From assembly GCA_000934665.2 (NCBI GenBank), contig KZ538631.1:1-57502 (forward strand): a DNA stretch of 57,502 nucleotides, in the 5' to 3' direction. Origin of the DNA: Catajapyx aquilonaris. Lineage: Eukaryota. The notes below the pieces were generated by a model. That model worked only from the letters and a program-made list of their open reading frames with translations, was not told the DNA's origin and did not search any database. Shown one piece after another: positions 11,169-25,000 of the stretch (the first letter of the stretch is position 1; every line of letters starts with the position of its first letter). The position numbers and the translations under genes were made by a program.

Positions 11169-12586
11169 AGAAATTGGCATGGGCAAAAAATATGCTGATG
11201 ATATTTTAAAAAATTCTGGTGTATACCTTAGACAAATAAATTAATGCAAGGGCTCCATGTACCATTACTCTTATGACATGCAATAATTTCCCCATTGCTC
11301 CACTGGGTTCAGTGGGGCTTAACGTCGGCCTATTTCTGCCTCTAAGGCTCAACACCGACACCAGGGGGTGGTCCTCCCCCTGGAAATTTGGCCACTCTGG
11401 GGATCTTTAACGTGCACTCGCGCAATGTCACAAGCACACGGGACCGACGGCTTTACTTCCCCTCCGAAGGAAGGCGCACTCTCACTTTTCTACCACCCGG
11501 AGAAAAGTCACCGACCTCGGCCGGGTTCGAACCCACAACTTTGGGTCTAGAGGCGAGCTCGCTAACCACTAGTCCACCAAGGCCGGCTCCATTGCTCCAC
11601 TCTCATTAATATGCTAAACATAAAAATAATGTGACTTGAACATCTTTTTATAGCAAATTTTCATCCGGATGCAAGTATTTGTCTGTGATGTACTTGAACT
11701 TTCATTTTTAAATGATCCAGACAAAATACACTTTTCATGCAGATATCATTAAATCAGTGACTGTCCACACAAATCAGCCGTATCCTCACAATTTATTGCA
11801 ATGGGCCAAAATAGGATGTGCAAATTCACAACTGCATATTGTGCTCCACATGGTAAATGCGTTTAGGTGTCTCAAATGCACAGACATTTAATCCTATCAC
11901 AATCCACACAGCGAATGCTGGTCAAATCACTTTCTCAGGACACAATAACAGGCAAAGAAGCATTCAAAGGTTTAGCCTTCCAAAAATTTCGTTGTAATAA
12001 GCAACTATTTGGCGGCTTCTCACATTTGTAAGGACATACACAGACTGCATTTACATGGGACCAAAAATCAGCCTGGCCCAGGCCCCCTAAGCAAGGCCGG
12101 TCTATTCTAAGTCCATTACCACTTTTGCCCTACATGGGGCTGACTCTCAGGGCACTAAGGCCCAAGTGGAATTGCTGGAAAGGTAGCATACTCGGACGCA
12201 AGACTTCCCTCCCTGGCTGTCCCCTCAGCCAATCAACGCCACCGCCCTAGTGTAGACCACCCGATCCAAAAGACTTGGGTCGAGTCCACCGGCTCAGCTA
12301 AAGTCCAACGTAAGCCCAGCAGCTACATGGGAGTAAACCGATTTGCTTTGCATAGGCTGCCTTGGCTAGGCCGATTTTTAGTCCCATGTAAACGCAGTCA
12401 TAATCTGCAAATACTACATTATGGAAAGAAAATCAGCAAATACTTGTAGTACAAACAACTGTTTTCACAACTCACAATGAGTTCTGCACATATCAAACCG
12501 CATGCCTCTGTCATACCTTCACATGTCTGATAAGGAACATTTTCTGACCAAAATTTGCCCCAAACTTGCTCCTGAAGTCTTACCAT
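8219..12586 (-). CDS. Nxt1: NTF2-related export protein (p15/NXT1), ~133 aa. Coding exons 12586-12584 (ATG only), 8793-8710, 8634-8490, 8388-8219
   Basis: Spliced translation MDRARMHQACSTAEEFTKHYYESVDKKRHQVSKLFLDNGTLNWNGN...FQQNFMLTAVGDKWKIVTDNFRFQQPLNA* matches the NXT family as I recall it (YY..D..R, WNGN, F.QNF.L, WKI..D.FR). All junctions are GT-AG and phase-consistent (402 nt). The ATG|gtaaga first exon is the least certain part. Confidence 0.92.
9057..9396 (-). mobile_element. tRNA-derived SINE, family A, in Nxt1 intron
   Basis: 14-bp TSD GAATATGTCTACAT (9043-9056 / 9397-9410); A box TGGCATAGTGG, B box GGTTCGAATCC; (AAT)n tail of about 21 units. Confidence 0.92.
9904..10299. mobile_element. 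GC-rich fold-back element
   Basis: CCAGTAAGACCATGGGTGA..CCGGTGTATACTCACTGAT mirrored at right end; internal ~30-bp degenerate repeats. Confidence 0.8.
10726..11160 (+). mobile_element. tRNA-derived SINE, family B, with AAT/ATT microsatellite tail
   Basis: 13-bp TSD ATTATTACAGAAA (10713-10725 / 11161-11173); A-box-like TGGCGCTGCGG; B box GGTTCGATACC. Confidence 0.8.
11305..11588 (-). mobile_element. tRNA-derived SINE with Nin/Deu-like conserved core
   Basis: 13-bp TSD CCATTGCTCCACT; B box GGTTCGAACCC; core CCTTCGGAGGGGAAGTAAAGCCGTCGGTCCC..GCACGTTAAAGATCCC (core identity from recall). Confidence 0.85.
12043..12399. mobile_element. Harbinger-like MITE
   Basis: TIR GACTGC(A/G)TTTACATGGGAC(C/T)AAAAATC; shorter inverted relative at 29665-29855. 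Confidence 0.82.
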
Positions 12587-12779
12587 GGTACGTGCACCGA
12601 GTTGTACGCTACGGGCAAAGCCTTTCACGGCTGTCCTATATGATTGGGTTGATTCGGTCGAGTGGGTCTATGCTGCGAATGCAGGTAGTGAATTATTCCG
12701 CTTTATCTCCCAAAAGCGCAAAACTTCCAACTTCCAAGTTCCAACCGGCTTCAGGCTCCAAAATGTTCGATTCTCAATC

Positions 12780-14300
12780 CCAAGCGCGCAGGACTTTTAA
12801 GTCTGGTAACGTTTGGTTCACTGCCTGTAGGCCGCCATTTTTAGTCCACCATAGTAAACAGTCAGCCAGATACTGTATCTAATATTTGTTAAACCTCTGA
12901 AGGTAGCGGTTTTGTATTCTAAATTAAAACGCTTTAAAATTCGGAAACCTACTTTTAATTACTATAAGCCGTGTTAGTTTCAAATTTTGGACAAGTTTTG
13001 GACACATCATGGTAGGGGTTGATATTGGTGATCGCTAGTGATCGCTGGCGATACTGGCGCTGGCGGCTGTATGTAATTGGTACAGCTCTCCGGCAGATGT
13101 CGAGGGTGTAGTCCACAAAAAAAATATATAAATGTCACGTGATCATCCGTAGATTTCTCTATTTCCTATTCACATTCTCAACCCCCAAAACAGATCTTCC
13201 ACTAAAAGAACAGATTGTATTTCATTTTTGCACTTCCCAGTAAAGCAATATTATCTGGACAATGTTGAGAAACTTGCAAATACATATTTATAACCATTTC
13301 TCCACCATGTTAAAACGCTGAAACACATCAAAAACCCAACTAAAATATGTTTCCCGCCATATGGCTCGACAGGTATATGCAGAGCAGCATATCAATGGTT
13401 CCTGAAACCCCCGCATTCCTTTCCATTTCCCGCCTCCTGTCTCCCGCCCCCTGCCCCCTACCAACCCCCTCCTTCATCCACCCCCACTCCCACCCCCACC
13501 CCAAATATTTCCCACCCTTTTCTCCCAATATCACATGATACCCGTATTCCCAATCTATCCTATATCCAGACAAATGTATAAATTGGGCCCAGTTACTAGA
13601 TTCCTCCTCCCACACCTCCTTTTTTTCCCTCCCAACTACGCCCGATCGATCCCCCTCCTCTTCGCCCTACCACCCACTCCCCCTCCTATGTGCAGATGGC
13701 GCTGGATTAATACATGGGGAAAGGGGGGAGATGAGGCGTGTTCGAACTCCAGATTCGTTGCAAGAGCGGGAGTTTCGTGTGACGTCACGTTTGCATATAG
13801 TTGTGTATGTGTAGCCCGTTTAATATACAGTATGGACTCGGTGCTTTAGATTAGTATTACTATAAGTGTCATTGTATGTACTGTACACGACTGAAATGAC
13901 TATGGCAATGACTATTCTAGCTGTATGTAGAATGCAAACTAAAAATTTGTGGATAGGTAGGGGCGAGCGCGGTTTGAAAGCGGGAATGACGTCATCCGGC
14001 CTTCTCAGCAAGTGGCCATGTAGGTCCGGATCTGAACAGTCCGTCCCAGAACGAAATCAGGGGGGAGGGATATGTGAAGGAAGGGAGGTTGGGGGGAAGA
14101 GAACACCATACACCAGCGCCACCTACTCTGTCAGATACTTCGAAAGGACTCCGTATCTCGCCCCTGGTGCATCCTACACCACGTGTAACGGCTTGGAAGA
14201 CACCGAGTAACACCCCGGGATTTGTTCTCTGCCGATTTGATACCGGAACTGTATCTCCAAAACGGTTCTGTGGGGTAGAAAACTTGGTTGAACCGGGCAC
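12780..14300. promoter_or_regulatory. Divergent promoter region between Nxt1 and rno
   Basis: Head-to-head genes; CpG-enriched; YY1/Pho motif GCCGCCATTTT 12831-12841; GTCACGTGA ~13134; CRE palindromes GTGACGTCAC 13779-13788 and TGACGTCA 13987-13994; C-rich tract 13430-13690. Confidence 0.6.
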
Positions 14301-15924
14301 CTAGCGGTGGTGGCTATCCCTACAACTTCCCCTCAATGTGAGGTAGTTGAGAATCGCAGTTGGTGCTCCCCTTGTATAATATACATACTGAGAAGGAAAA
14401 AAAAATCAAAGTGGGGAGCTTTTTGGGAGTTTTGGGTAAAAACGGAAGGTGTCCAGCGGTATAGTTGAGATTGGACTTGGCCCCAAGCGTACGTAGCCAT
14501 CGGATCAGGGAGAGGTAGCTAGAGAAATAGGACCCTGCCCTCACAAAGCTGAATAAAAACATAGGCTCTCAGGCCTAGGTGGTATACTTGATAGTAAAGG
14601 TGTAATTGTGGTTGTGCAGCCTCTGGCAGGGTGCAGGAAATCCAGAGAAGATGCTGACCACTTCAAGCCGGTCGGGAAGTGAGTGTGTGCGCAGAGAGTG
14701 ATATTGAGGAGAAGACTATGACAGTGCAGTGTACGTGCAGAGAGCCGCAGAACCTCCGGATGATGCTGAATGATGTCTGGGACCGTTAGAGAGGAGCCCA
14801 TGTCACAATGAGGGTGCGTCCTGTGCTGGGACAGTGCTCGGACCGCATGCTTGCGGATGTTTCTTACCCATCTGTAGGTTAATGAGCCTAGGCGTGTTGG
14901 GATAACATACAAGTCAATTCAAGATAATGTTATTGAAATAGACCAGTGGCATATTGCAATGCTGCTAATGTTAATTGAAGTTAAATTGATGTTGGTATGA
15001 TTGCCTGGACCCATATTTGGAGAATTTGATGATATACTGAGTCAGTTGTATGTGATAGTATAGATGTCATGGGGATGTATGATTGCTGGGGTGCTAATGA
15101 CTTCAATTGACTTGTGTGTTGGTTAACTGCCTAGAAGGACGTTAAAGTCCAATTTATTTTTATAAATTGAGCAAATTCATTAATTAGAATAACTTCCTAG
15201 GGGTGTGTGGTATGTAATTTGAGTATACTTGGACATTAACTGCTATTTTGCTTGGCAAAATAACTTGCTACATGCACATGTGCCACAATAACTAACTGAG
15301 AGTGCCATATGCCACAACACTGCAAATGAATTCACATTGATTAGAGGTGTGTTTTAGACCTGCTCACATTATACATGAGTCAAATCAGATGGAAAATATT
15401 TTGTAATAGCCTGGAAATAATTTTTTAAATGCAATGTTATAAGGAAATTATTGAATATTGTGTGACATTGAGTCCCATTATACAAGGAATACTTATTTTG
15501 TGTTCATGGAAGGAACCTGTCAGTCTTAAAGACAATGGATAACAAATGGTTCCAATGTGTTATTAAATTGGATAATAGGCTATTATCAGAGATTTGTAAG
15601 ATCTGCTTAACTCTAGGTTAGACCACCATATTGTATTGTGATATGCGAGGGTTTCTCATTATTATGCCCCTATTTTCATTGATGATGGGATTTATTTATG
15701 ACTGGGTTATAAAAATGGGCAGTTATCACTTAATGGCAATTTTATTTCATGCGAGTAGGGTTCAATAACTTTCAGTAGTAAACATGCATGGTGTTCTTTT
15801 TGCCTTGATCAGATTGTTAGTAGACTACTACAATTTTGTACTCATATTCAATTTGCAATTTTCAGCTGCACGAGTGGGGTTGATCCACTCCTGCGCGACA
15901 CAAAACAAAAGGTGTGAGTGAGCT

Positions 15925-15973
15925 ATGTCCCAGAGGCTGAAACGACAGCAGAGCCGTCAGGATGAAGGGCCTG
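15925..15973 (+). CDS. rno: rno coding exon 1 ([16 protein letters not shown]); exon acceptor at 15865/15866
   Basis: ttttcag acceptor upstream; G|gtaagt donor in phase 1, matching the next exon. Confidence 0.8.
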
Positions 15974-18928
15974 GTAAGTCTGGAAATGGAGGCCAAGAAG
16001 GGCTTTCGCAGTGGGTGCCACCTGGAAAAGGAGACAAGGAACTGGGTAATTTTGCGCCTTCTTCTTTCATATATCCCTCGCATTCTTTGTGTGTTGGTCT
16101 TTGACTTTGCCTTTTGGTGCTTGGGCCCTTCCAGCACATTTGGCTATGGGAATATTTTGTGTGCAGATTGAAAGGAGGCTCCCTACTGGTTTATTTTGTG
16201 GCACAATTAACCTGCAGTGGGCAAGGCTTTATTATGGGTTAGGTCACATTGTAGTGCACTCTGCATTTTTTATGGTGTTGGCCTTACCTTGAAGAAGTAC
16301 TGCTTGGTTTTCTTGTTATGCATATAACTGATATAATTGAAGAATTATTGTCATAATAGTGGAATTCTATTCAGATGGTAGCATTATTGCTAAGTAATGG
16401 AGGTGTGTCAATTGGAAATGCTGTGGCAGTGACCTGTTGTGAGTGATGATTGCAGCTGCTGCCACGGCATGATAGTTGGCTACTTTTTGGCTAAGTTGTC
16501 AAGTTGTCTCCAGTAATGTGCAAAATATTAATGGATTTATGATTAGTGCATGACCAGGTTGAGAAAAGTTCTGATAAAATTGCACTTCATATTGGACCTG
16601 TCTATTTCCATGTTAAGGGAGGGAAGCCTTGTGGCGATGGCCAAATACATAATAACTGACCATTACATGCCTGCTTGTCCTCAAGGTGGAAGTAGATAGG
16701 TGTGATGTGATGTAGCGCACTTGCATCGGATGTTTACAGCCTGGTCATTATGTAGTTAGGTACATCTTGAAAGCAAGTAAATGTCCCTCAAGGAGCACAT
16801 GTTTTATTGATGGTACAAATAACAATTGCTGTGTGCCAAGATGCACACTAGCATTTCAACATTTGCTTGATTATAACCCATGATGATGATTTAAAAAATC
16901 ATTGGGAGAATTCTGGAAAAGTTCCATACGAGGTCCTCAATGTAAAATCAGATTTGAAATGTTTTCTCTAATCTTACTTCTGACCACATTCCATATGTAA
17001 ACTAGTTACACTAGTACAATCAATGGTTTTTTTCTGACTTGTGAAATGTGTAAACTTTCAAATGACTATTTTTACTCTCGAAATATGATGCAATTCCTAT
17101 AGGAAGTGCATTTTGATTATGACCGTTATGTGATGCTGCCACATGCCATAATTTAGACATTCTAGAGAAATTTCTAAATTCAGTACAACATGAATTGACC
17201 AGTTCATGAATTCATTTTTAATCTATCTCCACACCTAGAAAGTGAATTAGAGCATCCATCATGTAGAGCAAATAATCACAACTTGATGCTTCTATTGCCA
17301 CAAATTAGAAAATGTTTCAACTGCATTGTGGTGGCCAAATTGATGGACGTGATTCATGTTGCAAGGTTCTGAGGAGTTCTTGGAAAGCTGGTGAACAGCT
17401 GACTGTTCCAAATAGAATGTGTGTAATATGTAATAGTATCTATCATACATGTTGATTTATGTGCTAATTTGCGCAGAGACATGATCAGTTTTCTGATGCA
17501 CTCGGACTTGCAATATTAATTGGTTTCAACAGTTTTGTTTCAGTCATATCTTCGGCTAACTGAGTTGTCAGATTATGATAGGTAATTGTCATTGTAAACT
17601 AGGAGCATTTTGAAGTATTTGCTGTTGAGGGCAACATTTATGTCAGCACAAAACCCTTCCATCTATGGAGTGTGATAGAGTGTGCACCCTACTAATGGCC
17701 TGAATATTAGTGGTGATTTAAATGACAATGTTTAAGTTATGGTATTTTAGCCTTTTCTCTGAAAATCAATTCAGTATTTAATTATAATTTAAATGGCTGG
17801 AAATTTTGTGCTGACAATCTGTTCTAAGTTATTTGCAGTCCCTAATTTTGTGGTGCTTCCTGCAGGCTGGAGTGCAAAGCGCCGCAAATGGCGCACAAGT
17901 GGCTCCGAAGCTGAAGATGATGCAAGGGGTGGCAGTGGTGGAGGAGGTGGTGTGGGAGGTGGCGGTGGGGGCTCCTCATCTTCCATCTGGACCCCCCGCC
18001 ACCTAAACGACTTAAAAGTGTCGTCCATATACAACCGCAGTTCGGTGGAGGCCCCTGCCGAGCTGTTCCGGAAGGACCTGATTAGTGCCATGAAGCTCCC
18101 TGACAGCGAGCCTTTGGCACAGGATGAGTACTGGCTCATTAGTGACCAGTGGAAGCAGGAGTGGGAGAGAGGAGTGCAAGTTCCAGTCAATCCCGATTCA
18201 TTGCCTGAGCCAGTTGTTACAGTCATCAGTCAGCATGGTGGAAGTGCGGGAAGCAGTGGAGGAAGGGGCTCGGACTTCAGGCTGTAAGTTGCTCTGTTGT
18301 TTGTCAAATGTACCCTTTTTTTGAGGGAGAGCGATGTGGATATATAGGTTTTTTAAATGTCCTTGTGTAATTGTCCCGGTTGTGACTGGGGACAGATAGG
18401 AAAAATCTCCATAATTTCATTACATTAGAATAGACCTTGTTTACCACCATCACTGGTGAGCCATGTGAATAAAGAACAAGCTACTAGCAGGGCCTGCTAG
18501 TCAAGGGGTTACCCACTCTACTGTACCAGAGTACACTACAAGTGGTATGATTAGTGAGATTTTTTAATGGTCAGACTTATGCCATTAATGTAGTTATTAC
18601 TATGCTAGTGACAGTAACAATGCCAACAAAAGTATTGTCAATCCAAATAAGCTTATTTGCATGTGCATTGGTTTGCCCATGCGCAGGTGCACACTTAGGA
18701 GAGTGAGCATCCCCTCTGGTGCAGTATGTGAGATTAAAGGGATTAAATAAATAATCCTCCTGTCCCTGGAGCCCTACAACTGCAATATTGTATGGGGGGA
18801 AAAAGTGAAAGGATTACATCTTGCTTGTGACAGGAATGGGTTATGGTTGCAATTTGTTAATTTTTTTTGTTTGTTTCAACCTGTCTTAGCATCTTAATTA
18901 AATTAGCAATGAATTATTATTATTGTTG

Positions 18929-19004
<76 letters not shown>

Positions 19005-22000
19005 GGCACCTACAAACAGCAGGAAAATATTGAGCGGGAAAAGTGCTGCTATGATGGAATAAGAATTACTTAATCTAAGGTGACAACATTACACCATTGA
19101 GAACATAGAATTAGGAATATGATCAAGCCAGTAATAGCCAGTAATAATGTGCATTTAGCTTAATATGTCTAGGATGTCAAGCATATCTTATTGAATAATC
19201 ACAGTACCTAGCAAAATTACTAATAATACAATAAACAATTTGGAACTAGTGCAATGAATATGATCCGAGTACCTAATTTCCAGCTTGGGCATGATTCCCA
19301 GTTCAAACTTGATTTCGTCCTTTTGATGGCAAGGATGCATAAAAGTGTGAATGAAAAGTGTAAGCTATATCTGGAAAGGATTGAAAATAAACTGAGGTTC
19401 ATGGGTCATAATATTGAAAAAATGCAACTACTTGTGAAATTCAAAGGCTGACAGGAAAATATTAGGAAGTGCAAGAATTTTTATATTAATCTAAATACAA
19501 GGGTCAATGAGGCACATGTTTTTCAACGTCATCCTATTTCTGATAATTTACTTATTAGGAGATTGACAAGGACAACTATTGTTGGAAGGGATTTTTACCG
19601 TGTAGAAAGTATTGCACAAATATTAATTTCAGTAATTTCCATTTTTAATCAAAACAGGCACTTTTTTCTGGATTGAAAAAACAATCCAAACCACAGACGT
19701 AGAGGTGATATTTTCTAGTAGTTGGTCATGAACACAGCTGAACAACATAATTGGACATTTTTATTTAGATTGTATTATAGTGTTAGGCTCCATCCTGCAA
19801 TCTTAGAAGTGAAGAGTGTCCCTGGCACTCACTGATTGAGCAGGGTGAGGCACAACTTTCGCTCTTTGAAAGTTTGTCCTTTTTTAGTGGACACATTTGC
19901 ATTTGCACTGAAGGCCCCTACACATGGTAGTGAAACACGCTTGCGGGTTTCACAAGGGGGAGGATCCAATGGCGGACGCTGCCTATGGACTTTTACTGGA
20001 AAAGTGCATGTGACGTACAGTACTGTACAAGGAGACGATGGCATCCGATCAATTACACAGGCCAAGTAGCTGCTCTTCTGGGTCCTGCCTCCATCCTCTC
20101 ACTCCCATGGGCCCTACTACAAGGACCGCATGGGACTGGAAGGAGAGGCCACATGCACCCCTTTTCAGACCTGAGGGACCATCTTGAATCGTGACGTCAC
20201 TTGCGTTTCACTAAGGAAAATAGAGCCTGTCCTAATTTCGTGCGTGAAGAGCTGAAATCATGCCGATACTAATGGCGCACTTTTGCATCTAACCCCGCCT
20301 TGCGCTTGAATTCTCCTGCGTGTTTCACGGCTGTGTGTAGGGGCCTTTACTGACAACTGCACTGGAGAAGTGAAGTAAAAATTTAATATTTCCGGGGCCT
20401 TGTGCTGCGTCATAGTAAGAATTCTCACAAGTGAGTTTTCTCCCACTCTATAATTGAGGGGTTGGATCGAAAAACTTGATAACCCTCCTACTCTACTGTG
20501 AGGGTTATCAAGTTTTTCGATCCAACCCCTCAATTCCACTCAAGATGCAGAGGCGGAAATTTCTGCTCCTGGACAGGACGCACTCTTTAAGTTACTATGT
20601 TTGGACACAGCAAAGGTGAAACTCAGATGTCACTCTTTGTGACGAGAATTCTTGTTAGGAAGTGTCTGATGAGTGACATCAGTTTTACTTCTGCTGTGCC
20701 CAAAATGAAACGGTATAGTATCAAAGCAGGGCCATCTCTGTACTACAATAGCATAGAGAAAACCCTGTCTAGCGGTAGAAATGCATGCCTCTTATGCATG
20801 GCCTAAAGTGGAACTCTCAGGTGAGAATTCTCACTACAGAGCAGCATAAGGGGTCTGATCATGGAATCATATGGTTGATGTTGCATTAAAATGGTAAATG
20901 ACTCATTAAACAGCAGAAATTGGAAATCTGATAGGAAAAATTGCACAGCATATCACAGTTTATGCATCAAAGCCCCATCATGCTTATATAGGGTGAAGGG
21001 AAACTTACGGACAATCGCCAGGTAGACTGATAGTTCTCGTAAAACTAATATAGGGATGTGCAATTAGTTTTGGGCTCCGTTGCACAGTTAATGCATACGG
21101 TGCCGTCAAAGTTTCGTGACATCACATCCGTTCCGCCAGCTTCAGAGAAGCAAAAGTCAGGTTGAGGGCCTCCAGTCCCTTCCCTTGGTCCCCTAACACA
21201 TCATCCATGTGCAATAGGTGATCAAATCCTCTCAGAGTAAGAATCCGGGTACGACACCCGTGCACGTTGTCATTTTTACCTCATATTTTACCATCCGGCC
21301 CTCTACACATTAAAGGCGCCATACGCATTAACTACTCATCGGCACCCAAAACTAATTGCACATCCCTATATAGTTTTGCGAGTACAATCAGTCTACCTGG
21401 CAACTGTCTGCTAGTTTCCCTTCACCCTGCATAGTTTAGAAGGTAGGTTAGTTATAGCTGTAACTCGGCAAGCAAATTCTTATTGTACGATCTTGACCTG
21501 TGTGACCAGGGGAATTTTCCAATTCTGAATCCAGTTTAAGGGGCAGCAGGAGTATTCAGGCTGTAGGGCCTTGTGACTCTGAGAGCACATTACGGACTGC
21601 ACAAGTAGATTGGGTCAGATGCACCTAGCAGGCTAGAGTCTGGCCCTTCCCTAACTATTGTTGCTATTCCATAGGCAATCACAGTAATTGAGTATCGGTG
21701 GCATGGCAGAAACTGAAGAGAATTGCCTATCAATAAACTAATTTTATGTTTGTCTCAGTAATGCTAATCATGGCCAATTGATATTTATTACCTCACATAA
21801 TCTTAATATTACTGAATGCATTCATTTTGACAGCCAGTTCATTAGAGTAGATGATGCACCTTTAAAATTACCAGGACATAGAAGATTCTGCAATTTATTG
21901 TGATGTCCCAGATTTTACTTGCCTTGTGCACAATAATATTGGGCCTAAGTGTGATGCTAAAGATTATGGGTTTAAGGATGATAGGAAAGGGCAACACACC

Positions 22001-25000
22001 ACTAATAGCCTTTGATTTCTCAGGATGATGGTTATTTACTGTATCACAGATACAGTGCTTTGATTGCTATTGATCACAATATCACTATTGACAGGAAATA
22101 TGCAAATCATCATATAGTGCTCCCTGAAGTCCTGAACATATCAAATATAAGTGGTTTAGAAAACCGAAGCAGTAGTGGTGTAGTGGTATGGTGTCCGACT
22201 GCTAATCGGGAGGTCCTGGGTTCGAATCCCGGAGGCCGGCGACCCTGATCATGGTTTTCTGTGGTTCCCCATGGTCATCACAGGATAATTCCGGGGTCGT
22301 TACCGTAATTATAGGCCACAGCCGCTTCCTTCCTTACCTATCCTTGACTCAATTCCGATGAAAAAGTATAGTAAAAATGGAAAGAGTTCCAGACAAAAAA
22401 AAATTGGGAGAAATCCCCCCCTAATAAAGCCTGAAGGGCTGATAATGGGGTATTAATTAATTAGTTAATTATAAGTGGTTTATATGTACAGTGCTGGACA
22501 TTAATTTCGTCGTCCTGCTAGCGACATTTTCTGATGTGTCAAACGTCCACATCGAATTGATGGAATGTGAACCGTGTGAGTAAGAAATGGTAGGCCTTGG
22601 GTGACATTTCCGGCTGGAAGCAATGGAGGAAAAGGCTTGCCCCCAGCCGGTGACGTCACCTAAGTCCTGCCATTTCTTACTCACACAGTGCTCACATGGT
22701 TCGCACTTCATCAATTTGATGTGCATTTTTGCCACATTGGAAAATGTCGGTACCTGCATGACAGAATTAATATGTACAGTACCGTTCATAAATAATGGTA
22801 CGACTATATGGACAAAATGTTTATTCTGTTCCCAACCCCTGGGTCACAGCATGTTATTAGGGGTCGTGAGGAAGGCCAGGAAAAGGCAATTGAAATGAAG
22901 AAAAAATAAGAAAGAAAAAAAACAAGGCAAAGTAAGAAAGTTTAATGGAGGAAATTCATCTCAATTCTACGTAGGCATTGTACCAGGTTGAACATTTTGC
23001 TAATAAATTTTTTTGGAAAAAGTCGGGATGGGGTCATACGGGTCGCCAGAGGTCAAGGACACGTCCACAGGGTAGCGATGAAATCAGGTTGGGAATAATG
23101 CTGGATAGTCAGGATAAACACGGCGCCCGTAGCGTAGAGTCATACCATTCTTTATGAACGGGACTGTACATTTGACTTAATACTTTACGGCCATAATTAT
23201 CTGTGGCATTTTACACACGTGTTCATCATTGCCTACGTAATACATTTTTGGCTGTAGAAATACGTGCAACCATGTGGCAATGAGACTTGTGCACCTTCTA
23301 AGTTAAGGGCCTCCATCTCCAAATTCAAAAATTGAGAAGTTCGTGGAATGATGGGTCCCAAATATCTGAAAAGTAGCATGTGTCATGTTTAAGATACCAT
23401 TAACCCATTGCAAAAATGCTGGGAGGGGCTCCTATCTGCCATCTCCACCCCAGTCGTCCTTGCTATCTCTCTTCAGGATTTCACCAGTTGCTTTACTCAA
23501 CAATGAAAGCGTGATAAGCCTATGGATTTTGGACAGAGAATCTAGGCCATGATGAGGGGTATTTCAAATGTCTGGAAGAAGGCCTCAGTCTAGTATTGGA
23601 ATGATGCCTCACTATTATTTTGAACCATTGTATTGGTCAGCCCGTCTGAAGTACTGCATGTGGAGGCACTCCAATGCCCCTATACTCACGACCCATTACA
23701 ATTTGCACTAGTCACTCTTAATTATGCTTTAAAACCCAGAAAGCAATGCTAGCTCCTCCCCTTTTGGTCCAGTCACGCCATCAACAAAAAATGGCTGTGG
23801 AAGGCAACAACAGCCACCAATGCATGATTTGTCCATGCCTCCATTGTTGACACTGGTTACTCCTGATGTAACCTGCCATCACATGACACGTAGCTACTGT
23901 GACACTCCGAAAATTCACATCTGCCATTTGGAGCACCTAAAAAATTTCAGACTTTCACTGGCATGCATTGTGAAGATAGTGATGTTTTAAAAGTACAATA
24001 TTGCAAATTGCAGTTTTTGGGAATGATTCTAAAGGTGTTTGTGATAGCATACCATGGCATTGTGTTAAGAGTCAAATTTAGCAATAACAGTCTGATTGAC
24101 CATTCAAGCATGTTTTGTCTTTTTTGTTGCAGACCAAAATATAAGTATGTCCGCATAACCCATGATGACTTCTTCTCAAATGAACTGCATCAACTGAGCA
24201 CCACTCCAGCCAAAGTTGACAAAGCCTGTGCCTATGACCTTGATGACCAGGACCTTTGCTGGCTGAAGGCGGTCAACGCAGACCGCTCCATCATGGGTGA
24301 GTCGACTGCAAATTATTTGTCCTTTCTTTCCAGCTATTTTGATATACAGGAGAACCCCGATTATCCGACTCCTTCATTTATCCGACCATCCCGCTCCGGC
24401 AATAAATATGTTTTCACATGAAATACTGCAATGTTCTAAGCATTTGTTTGCTTTGCCTTAGTTAAATTGTAAATAGAGTATGGTAGAGTGTGTGTGTGAA
24501 AGATAAATACGTTACTATTTCTTAGAAAACCATAATATTATACCTTATTTGGTTTTTTAATGTTTTTTGTTGTGCTTCATTAAAGTATTTTTACTACTCG
24601 GATTATCCTACCTTTTCGGTTATCCAACAATGCCCCAGTCCCGTAGATGATGAATAATCAGGGTATTACTGTAATTAGCTTGTTAACCCACCGCTATCCC
24701 GAAAATCAGGATACTGAAAAAATTGCTGTATCTAGAGTGTCAAGGTCACAATGTTGATGAGAGACTTTGTCGGAATCGGTATAATATGAGATTCATCAGA
24801 CAAATATTTGTTGTTTTGCAGTCAATTCTTTAGTTATAAAATGTTGATACCAAAAAGTGCAGAAATAATTTGAATTTTGCACTGTTATCTAGCTCTCCTA
24901 GTGCAATAATGCTTATACATGGAGTGAAAAACTATCAGTGTGCATGACTCAGGTCCTCCTCTATACATTGTACAAGTTTGACATTTTTTGCGTCCAGCGA

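Noticed and set aside
14339..14361. TGAGGTAGTTG... begins like let-7
   Set aside because: Only the first 9 nt match and there is no downstream star arm for a pre-miRNA.
18867..19073. Poly-Tyr ORF, and poly-Ile/Asn/Leu ORFs at 51734-52211
   Set aside because: Translations of microsatellites; only 52071-52207 is a real nwk exon.
22163..22235. tRNA-Ser(GCT)-like gene (also at 9320-9395, 28251) and other tRNA-like heads (56424)
   Set aside because: No proper acceptor stem; followed by SINE body, tail and TSD.
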